Below, one piece after another: positions 57,779 to 64,000 of a stretch of 64,000 nt of DNA (its first letter is position 1; each line of letters begins with the position of its first letter). The stretch comes from Candidatus Kaiserbacteria bacterium. GTDB lineage: Bacteria > Patescibacteriota > Minisyncoccia > Phycocordibacterales > UBA2100. A program made the translations under genes and the position numbers. Where the stretch lies: contig JACPLC010000001.1 of assembly GCA_016186695.1 (NCBI GenBank), positions 109,718-173,717 of the forward strand, read 5' to 3'. The notes below the pieces were generated by a model. It saw only the letters and a program-made list of their open reading frames with translations. It searched no databases and had not been told where the DNA came from.

Positions 57779-58051
57779 ATGAAGATAGACACAAAGAAGC
57801 GGGCGCTTCGGCGCATGAGCATTATCGAAGGTCAGCTTCGCGGTCTTGCTCGAATGATCGAGGATGAGAAGTACTGCGTTCACATCATCGTGCAATCGAG
57901 CGCTATAAAGAGAGCGCTCTCTGGCGTTGAAGACCTCGTGCTCGAAAATCATCTCTCGACCCACGTGCGGCAGCAGATGAAAGGCGGCAAGGACAAAAAG
58001 GCCATCGAAGAGGTCATGAAGATCTACCAACTCGCCCAAAAGTGCAAGTGA
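57779..58051 (+). CDS. csoR: CsoR/RcnR-family metal-sensing transcriptional repressor (copper-sensing)
   Basis: DUF156 fold. Ligand residues in the KYCVHII context (C-H-C pattern). 90 aa. Immediately upstream of the copper ATPase cluster. Confidence 0.8.
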   Translation: MKIDTKKRALRRMSIIEGQLRGLARMIEDEKYCVHIIVQSSAIKRALSGVEDLVLENHLSTHVRQQMKGGKDKKAIEEVMKIYQLAQKCK

Positions 58052-58060
58052 TTTTCGTAT

Positions 58061-58387
58061 ATGAAATTTGGCGTCATTCTACAGTCCAATAAACCGGAGC
58101 ATGTATGGAACACATTCCGATTCGGCATCGCGTCTTTAAAGGCCGGTCATTCGGTGCAGATAAACCTCATGAGCGAAGGGGTCGAGGCGGAAGACATTCC
58201 TGACTCCGAGCAATTCGACATCTCAAAAAAGATCGAGGAGTTCAAAAGCCTGAAAGGAATTCTTCTCGCATGCGGGAGTTGTCTCGAGATCCGATCGAAA
58301 AGAAAGAGCAAGGTCTGCCCGACCGGCACCATGAAGGACTTGGTGGCGATGGTGGGAGAGTCCGATAAAGTCCTCGTGTTCGGGTGA
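58061..58387 (+). CDS. DsrE/DsrF-like family protein
   Basis: About 108-aa DsrE-like fold pattern (GVILQSNKPE...LLACGSCLE...VLVFG). Confidence 0.45.
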   Translation: MKFGVILQSNKPEHVWNTFRFGIASLKAGHSVQINLMSEGVEAEDIPDSEQFDISKKIEEFKSLKGILLACGSCLEIRSKRKSKVCPTGTMKDLVAMVGESDKVLVFG

Positions 58388-58441
58388 CTAGACCGGTGGT
58401 CGATCCGGCGCGAAATCAGTATTATCAGCTCAAAAAAATCT

Positions 58442-58699
58442 ATGATAAACACAGTTCGTTTGCTCAAAGTCAGCGTCGCATGGACGAGCGTCATCTACAT
58501 CGTCTGCTTCGGGGGAGTAGTGCTCGTTCCGGGGATCCGGGAGTGGTTCTTTCAGTACGCGCTCCATTCGGTGAATGTGGGCGTCGGGCAAAGCACGATG
58601 ACGCTCACGACATTCATCACCGGCCTCATCATCTGGGATGTCATCGCGGTACTTGCGATGTGGCTTTTCGCGTACCTCTGGAACATGATCAAAAGTTAA
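58442..58699 (+). CDS. Hypothetical small membrane protein (2 to 3 TM helices)
   Basis: ORF plus hydrophobicity only. Sits between the DsrE-like gene and the P-type ATPase. Confidence 0.4.
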   Translation: MINTVRLLKVSVAWTSVIYIVCFGGVVLVPGIREWFFQYALHSVNVGVGQSTMTLTTFITGLIIWDVIAVLAMWLFAYLWNMIKS

Positions 58700-58703
58700 A
58701 AAC

Positions 58704-60728
58704 ATGAACGACTCCGGACATACGAGCACGTATGCCTGCCCGATGCATCCGGAAGTCATTTCCGACAAGCCGGGGATGTGCCCGGAGTGTGGAATGAGTC
58801 TCATTCCGCAGAAGCACGAAGCACGAAGCAGGAAATCCGAAACACAAACTCATGACAAGCATGCGGGGCACAAAACGTCGTCATTTCTGACGAAATTTTG
58901 GGTGACGCTCGTGCTCACGCTGCCGATCCTCGCGTATTCGGATATCTTCACGATCGCAACCGGTATTGAGCTGCCTCGATTCGGGGGAGTGGAGTTCGTG
59001 ATACTCGCACTCGGCTCCGCGGTGTTTTTTTACGGAGGATGGATCTTTATTTCGAGCGCATACCGCGAGCTTCGTGCGCGTCTGCCGGGAATGATGACCC
59101 TAATCGCGCTTGCGATCACCGCGGCGTATGCGTTCAGCGTCTTTCAAGTGTTGCGCGGCGCAGAGGAAACGCTTTTTTGGGAGCTCTCGACCCTTATCGC
59201 CATCATGCTCCTCGGGCACTGGATAGAAATACGCGCGGTGCAGGGAGCGAAGGGCGCTCTTCGGGAACTTGCGAAGCTGCTTCCCGACACGGCGGAAGTC
59301 ATCCGCGGAGAAACGAGCAGCGTCATTGCACTTTCGGAACTTCGCGAGGGTGACATCGTTATCGTAAAGCCGGGAGGCAAAATTCCTGCCGACGGGAAGG
59401 TCGCTGAAGGTGAGTCCGACGTAAATGAAGCCATCATCACCGGAGAATCGAAGCCCGTCGGCAAACACGAGGGGAGTGAAGTGATAGCTGGCTCTATCAA
59501 TGGAGACGGCGCACTCAACATAGAGGTCACAAAGATAGGCGAGCACACGTTCCTCGCAGGCGTGATGCGCCTCGTCGCGGAAGCGGAGGCTTCGAAGTCG
59601 CGTCTGCAGATGCTTTCTGATCGTGCGGCGTTCTATCTCACTGTTGTTGCTGTCGGCGCAGGAGGCCTCACGTTTGTCTTATGGCTTTTCGCACAAGCGG
59701 GAATTGTCTTCGCGACGGAGCGGCTCGTCGCGGTTCTTGTGATCGCGTGCCCGCACGCGCTTGGGCTTGCGGTGCCTCTCGTTGCATCCATCTCGACTAC
59801 TATGGCGGCACGAAGCGGCTTTCTTGTGAAGCGCCGCCTCGCCTTGGAGGCGGCGCGCAATATCGATATCGTTCTCTTTGATAAGACAGGAACGCTCACG
59901 GAAGGAAAGTTTAGCGTTACGCGGGCAAGTTCGGATGAAGCACTCGCGCTCGCAGCGGCAGTGGATAGCAAGTCAGAGCACCCGATAGCGCTCGCAATCG
60001 TGGAAGAGGCAAAGAAACGAGGTCTCGCAGTCTCACATGCAGAGAATTTCCAACGTATTCCGGGCGTCGGCGCCGAAGCGCGTGTCTCCGGCAAGAAAGT
60101 CTTTGTCGGGCATCGTGGCGGAGCGGATATCGTTGTCGAGGTGGATGGAGAGACGGTCGGTAGCATTTCTGTCGCCGATACCGTGCGGAGGGATGCGAAA
60201 GAGGCACTCGATTCATTGCGCGAAATGGGCGTGAAGGTCGCGATGATAACCGGCGATTCGGAAGACGTGGCGCGAGAAGTGAGCCGTGAGCTCGGCATCG
60301 ACGAGTACTTCGCACGCGTGTTGCCGCATGAAAAAGTCGAGAAAGTAAAGGTGTTGCAAAAAGGTGGTGCGAAAGTTGCAATGGTTGGCGACGGTGTGAA
60401 CGACGCGCCGGCTCTCACACAAGCGGATCTCGGCATCGCGATCGGTGCGGGGACGAACGTCGCCATCGAATCCGCCGGCATCATCCTCATCAAGAACGAT
60501 CCGCGCGATATTCCGAAAATAATCCGGCTCTCGAAACTTACATATTCGAAGATGCTACAGAACCTCTTTTGGGCGACGGGCTACAACGTGGTCGCGTTGC
60601 CGCTTGCTGCGGGAATTCTCTATGCGTGGGGAATTATCTTAGAACCCGCTCTCGCCGCCGTCCTCATGTCGTTCTCGACCGTCATCGTCGCCGTCAACGC
60701 CGTCCTCCTGCGTAGGCGGGTATTGTAA
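58704..60728 (+). CDS. Heavy-metal (copper) translocating P1B-type ATPase with a CPH transmembrane motif and an N-terminal CPxH...CPxCGM metal-binding ribbon
   Basis: N-terminus CPMHPEVISDKPGMCPECGM. TM CPH motif (VIACPHALGLAVP). DKTGT phosphorylation site (FDKTGTLT). GDGVNDAPAL hinge. 674 aa. Confidence 0.88.
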   Translation: MNDSGHTSTYACPMHPEVISDKPGMCPECGMSLIPQKHEARSRKSETQTHDKHAGHKTSSFLTKFWVTLVLTLPILAYSDIFTIATGIELPRFGGVEFVILALGSAVFFYGGWIFISSAYRELRARLPGMMTLIALAITAAYAFSVFQVLRGAEETLFWELSTLIAIMLLGHWIEIRAVQGAKGALRELAKLLPDTAEVIRGETSSVIALSELREGDIVIVKPGGKIPADGKVAEGESDVNEAIITGESKPVGKHEGSEVIAGSINGDGALNIEVTKIGEHTFLAGVMRLVAEAEASKSRLQMLSDRAAFYLTVVAVGAGGLTFVLWLFAQAGIVFATERLVAVLVIACPHALGLAVPLVASISTTMAARSGFLVKRRLALEAARNIDIVLFDKTGTLTEGKFSVTRASSDEALALAAAVDSKSEHPIALAIVEEAKKRGLAVSHAENFQRIPGVGAEARVSGKKVFVGHRGGADIVVEVDGETVGSISVADTVRRDAKEALDSLREMGVKVAMITGDSEDVAREVSRELGIDEYFARVLPHEKVEKVKVLQKGGAKVAMVGDGVNDAPALTQADLGIAIGAGTNVAIESAGIILIKNDPRDIPKIIRLSKLTYSKMLQNLFWATGYNVVALPLAAGILYAWGIILEPALAAVLMSFSTVIVAVNAVLLRRRVL

Positions 60729-60736
60729 TTTCGGCT

Positions 60737-61156
60737 ATGAATGGTATTATTCTCAGTATGAAATCGGGGACAGCCGCACTTCTCGTAGTGGGCATCTTTG
60801 CCGTCGGAGTTTTTGGCTTTCTTGACATGGATCCTTCGATGGATCACGACGGAGGCTGCATCGCATCGCTCGTGAACGCTGCTTCGTGCCCGCTGCAGGG
60901 GTTAGAAAGCGCGATGTATCACATGAGCGCATACACATCGTTCTCGCGGGCGGTGTTCTCCTCGACTATTCTTCTCGCACTCATTCTCCTTGTACTTCTT
61001 GCCCGTACGTACGGTTTTGCACACTTCCTCCTACTGCCCGGAATGCGGCCACGTCGTTTGTATAGTCGTTCCACTTCAGACATAGCGCCGCGGTATAAAT
61101 TCATCCAGTGGTTATCACTATTCGAGAATAGTCCCACCCTCTTCCGCAGCGCCTAA
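60737..61156 (+). CDS. Hypothetical membrane protein with a CxxxxxxxxxC periplasmic segment
   Basis: ORF with two TM segments. No recognised motif. Confidence 0.4.
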   Translation: MNGIILSMKSGTAALLVVGIFAVGVFGFLDMDPSMDHDGGCIASLVNAASCPLQGLESAMYHMSAYTSFSRAVFSSTILLALILLVLLARTYGFAHFLLLPGMRPRRLYSRSTSDIAPRYKFIQWLSLFENSPTLFRSA

Positions 61157-61231
61157 AAATCTGTAAAGATTTTTGGCGCTGCCATAGTCCTCATTGAGGA
61201 CTGTCTTGATTATGTATTCACTCATTAACCT

Positions 61232-61729
61232 ATGGACACAAAAACAATATTCGCAGGGGCCATCGTGCTTCTCGCGATCGGCGGCCTCTTCTTCTGGGGT
61301 CGCGTAAATCAGGCAGCTTCTTCTGAAACACCGTCCGTAAGGGCAAGCGCGCTTGCCGCGGCCGAAGTCTTCTATGATTTCGGAGAGATCTCGATGAAGA
61401 ACGGAAACGTCGAGAAGATATTCGAGATCGAGAATCCGACCGACAAAGACATTACCCTTGCTTCACTCATGACCTCATGCATGTGCACCAACGCATACAT
61501 CGTGAAAGGTGCGGCGCGCCGCGGACCGTTCGGGATGCAGGGCCACAGCGGACCGGTACCCAGAGCAAATGAAATCATTCCCGCAGGCGGAACGCTCGCG
61601 ATCGCGGTCGTCTACGACCCGAATGCGCACGGGCCAGCCGGCGTAGGCGCAATCGACCGCTTCGTCTACCTCGTCGACGACGAGGGAGGACAACTCTCGT
61701 TCGAAATTAAGGCGAACGTGACCCCGTAA
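61232..61729 (+). CDS. DUF1573 domain protein (membrane-anchored)
   Basis: FDFGEI...G.....F.I.N.G...L pattern typical of DUF1573. N-terminal TM helix. Confidence 0.6.
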   Translation: MDTKTIFAGAIVLLAIGGLFFWGRVNQAASSETPSVRASALAAAEVFYDFGEISMKNGNVEKIFEIENPTDKDITLASLMTSCMCTNAYIVKGAARRGPFGMQGHSGPVPRANEIIPAGGTLAIAVVYDPNAHGPAGVGAIDRFVYLVDDEGGQLSFEIKANVTP

Positions 61730-61732
61730 GTT

Positions 61733-62512
61733 ATGAGAAAATTACTCATCTGGGGAAGCGTCGTACTTCTCGCGTTCATCGCGATCGTCATTCTCAAGTA
61801 CGCACCGGGCACGTCGTCCATCATCTGGAATCTCTCCGACGGAGGTAAGTGGCTCTTGCCATTGGTTGGCGTCTCCGCGGTACTCGACAGCGTGCACCCG
61901 TGTTCATTCTCGATACTCCTCATCACCATCGCATTTCTCTTCGGTATGCAGATGACGAGGGGGAGAACCCTCGCAATCGGAAGCATCTACATTGCCGGAA
62001 TCTTCGTCGCGTATCTCGGCATCGGTCTCGGCATCTTCCACGTGTTGCACATCTTCGCGGTTCCGCACTTCATGGGAAAGCTTGGTGCGACGCTTCTCAT
62101 CCTCTTCGGCATCCTCAATCTCATCAATTGGCTCGTGCCGTCGTTCCCGCTCAAACTCTCTATCCCCGCGGGGGCGCATCGGAAGATGGCGGAATTGATG
62201 AACACCGTTTCGGTGCCAGCAGCGTTCGTTCTCGGATTGCTCGTCGGTCTCTGTCAGTTCCCATGTATGGGCGGCCCGTACCTCATGGTCATCGGACTCT
62301 TGCACGACAGTGGAAGCTACGTCGTCGGAATCGGCTATCTTGTTCTCTACAATGTGATACTGATCTTGCCGCTTGCAGCGGTCTTGTACCTTGCAGCGAA
62401 CAAGGAGGTCGTGGACAACATGCAGAACTGGCGGAAGACGAACATCTCTGCGGTGCGCCTCTGGAGCGGGATTGCGATGGTATTACTAGGAATAATCGTT
62501 CTCTATGTCTAA
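61733..62512 (+). CDS. CcdA/DsbD-family membrane protein (second paralog in the window)
   Basis: Conserved TM cysteines (HPCSFSIL and FPCMGGPYL). About 7 TM helices. Confidence 0.7.
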   Translation: MRKLLIWGSVVLLAFIAIVILKYAPGTSSIIWNLSDGGKWLLPLVGVSAVLDSVHPCSFSILLITIAFLFGMQMTRGRTLAIGSIYIAGIFVAYLGIGLGIFHVLHIFAVPHFMGKLGATLLILFGILNLINWLVPSFPLKLSIPAGAHRKMAELMNTVSVPAAFVLGLLVGLCQFPCMGGPYLMVIGLLHDSGSYVVGIGYLVLYNVILILPLAAVLYLAANKEVVDNMQNWRKTNISAVRLWSGIAMVLLGIIVLYV

Positions 62513-62659
62513 CCGGCAACTCAAATTAGGAGACGCGATCGCATGGCTTGCAAAGCTTCTGCACATACCGCACTGTGCAAGTTGCGAGCGACGCCGTGTC
62601 ATCCTCAATGAGATCCAGACGGCGGGCGTGAAAGAAACATTGCGAAGATTAAAAGACTG

Positions 62660-63556
62660 TTGCAACTAACGCGCATGATCAAAGAAACACTTGATAGGTT
62701 TGCGACGACGTATGCGGTTCCCATCGCTCTCGCGACACTCGTGGGTGTCGTCGCGGCACAACAATGGCAAGGGGCGCCCTTGCCACTCGATGCTGATGTT
62801 ATTCCGAAGGAGGGGGTTGAGCTTCCGGTCGTCTGGGGAGATCTCGGCAGACAGCTCGTCGGCTCCGGCGCAATCGACCGGGGAAAGTGGATGGAGCTCT
62901 ACCTGCCCGCCGAAGCCTCGGCGCAGGCGGGCGGGAAGCTCACGGAAGAAGAAAAACGTCTACTCGATGGTACTAGTCCGGAAAAGCTTCGCATCACGCA
63001 CGAGAATGCGTCGTATCTCCTCAACCTCTTCTGGGCATTCGGGCTCGCAAATAAAAATCCGATCCTCGAAGACAAAACAGAGATGATGAATCCGGATTAT
63101 GGAGGCGCGGGAGGATTTGCTTCGACAGGAGGATGGACGTTATCCGATGGCGATGCCATGAACCACTACGGGACGCATGCACTCGTCCGGCTAACGGCCG
63201 AACAGCAAGCGCTCGTCGAGAAGATCTCGCGTGGCGTGTACCGCCCATGCTGCGACAACTCGACACACTTCCCGGATTGCAATCACGGGATGGCGATGCT
63301 CGGCCTCTTGGAGCTCATGGCGTCGCAAGGTGCGAGCGAAGAGGAGATGTGGGATGCGGCGCTCGCCGTGAATTCGTACTGGTTCACTGACACGTACCAA
63401 ACGATCGCGCTCTACAAAAAGCAGAAAGGCGTCGAGTGGAGCGATGTGAATCCGCAGGAAGTGCTCGGATACGACTATTCGAGCGCATCTGGATTCGCTC
63501 GCGTCGCCGCGGAGGTCGCGCCGCGAAGCGGCAACGGCGAAAGCTGTAGCGTATAA
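62660..63556 (+). CDS. Hypothetical protein with a CC-x7-C-x-H cysteine cluster
   Basis: YRPCCDNSTHFPDCNHGMAM motif. Last complete gene of the copper/thiol cluster. No family recognised. Confidence 0.45.
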   Translation: MQLTRMIKETLDRFATTYAVPIALATLVGVVAAQQWQGAPLPLDADVIPKEGVELPVVWGDLGRQLVGSGAIDRGKWMELYLPAEASAQAGGKLTEEEKRLLDGTSPEKLRITHENASYLLNLFWAFGLANKNPILEDKTEMMNPDYGGAGGFASTGGWTLSDGDAMNHYGTHALVRLTAEQQALVEKISRGVYRPCCDNSTHFPDCNHGMAMLGLLELMASQGASEEEMWDAALAVNSYWFTDTYQTIALYKKQKGVEWSDVNPQEVLGYDYSSASGFARVAAEVAPRSGNGESCSV

Positions 63557-63564
63557 TTGTCCGT

Positions 63565-64000
63565 ATGAAAAACAGGATAGCGAGTTCTGTTCTCGTTGCA
63601 GTGCTCCTCATCGGCGGAGCGTCGTATCTAGCTTCATCGAAGAACGCCGAAGAAGATTCACGTTCCGTTTTCGGCGCGGATGTCGTGCTTGCGGCGCAGT
63701 TCGATCGCTTGAGCAAGAACGGCAACTCTTCTTGCTCGGGGGCGTTTGCGGATTCGATCGACAGCATGCCGGATTCAGAGCGCCTGCAAGGGTCGTGTTG
63801 CTCTCCAATGGATCCGCATCGGTACGAGGAGCAGGTTACCGGACTCCGGAAGTTCAAGGACGTTCCCGAAATTCCTCCGGACCCCTATGACATCGACATC
63901 GCGCTTGCGAAGCAACTTAAGGCCTACTATGATATCGAGCTCACGCCTTTGGAGCAGCCAGCCTACGACTACGCGATGGCAAACTCGAACGAAAAGGGCC
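63565..64000 (+). CDS. Hypothetical secreted Cys-containing protein, partial (3' end outside the window)
   Basis: ATG at 63565 and N-terminal signal-like helix. Frame stays open to the window end. Absent from the ORF track because it has no stop. Confidence 0.4.
   Translation, partial: MKNRIASSVLVAVLLIGGASYLASSKNAEEDSRSVFGADVVLAAQFDRLSKNGNSSCSGAFADSIDSMPDSERLQGSCCSPMDPHRYEEQVTGLRKFKDVPEIPPDPYDIDIALAKQLKAYYDIELTPLEQPAYDYAMANSNEKG

Overview
This is a dense bacterial chromosomal segment of about 58% GC. Genes are small and tightly packed, and several overlap by 4 nt (ATGA). The window has three parts. First: the C-terminal end of a fumarate/aspartate lyase, an ArsR regulator, glutaredoxin and thioredoxin reductase, then a thiol-disulfide gene cluster (TlpA-like, DsbA-like, CcdA, two tiny Cys-rich ORFs), DoxX, a dual-specificity phosphatase, a LOG-family protein, purT and comFC. 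Second: a complete secretin-less type IV pilus/competence locus (pilM, pilN, pilO, pilB, an embedded response regulator, pilT, pilC, a major pilin, a prepilin peptidase with a C-terminal extension, three pseudopilins), followed by ligA and gatC/gatA. Third: a tRNA-rich accessory patch, with an initiator-like tRNA, tRNA-Met, a free-standing double-motif LAGLIDADG homing endonuclease whose ORF reads through tRNA-Asp, two tRNA-Thr genes, and a membrane-anchored protein with a HEPN-like RNxxxH motif. After that come the riboflavin operon ribD-ribBA-ribH-ribE behind an FMN riboswitch, prfB-ftsE-ftsX, pyrG, a CBS-less IMPDH, capA, and a low-GC islet at tRNA-Gln (HNH endonuclease, MazF/PemK-like toxin, SET-domain protein). 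The window ends with a HlyD/FtsX-permease efflux system whose ATPase is a deletion pseudogene, an MFS transporter, an OmpR/histidine kinase pair, an ECF sigma/anti-sigma pair, cell-surface proteins, and a copper homeostasis cluster (CsoR with a perfect palindromic operator, a CPH-type P1B ATPase, a DsrE-like protein, DUF1573, a second CcdA). The most notable non-genic signal is a family of six structured intergenic repeats of about 80 to 115 nt, all in the same orientation and always just downstream of a plus-strand gene. Their outer stems differ between copies but stay complementary, around a conserved core. Many genes carry a -10-like hexamer (TATAAT/TATACT) only 6 to 8 nt before the ATG with no SD, which suggests widespread leaderless transcription. 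No rRNA or CRISPR array is present.
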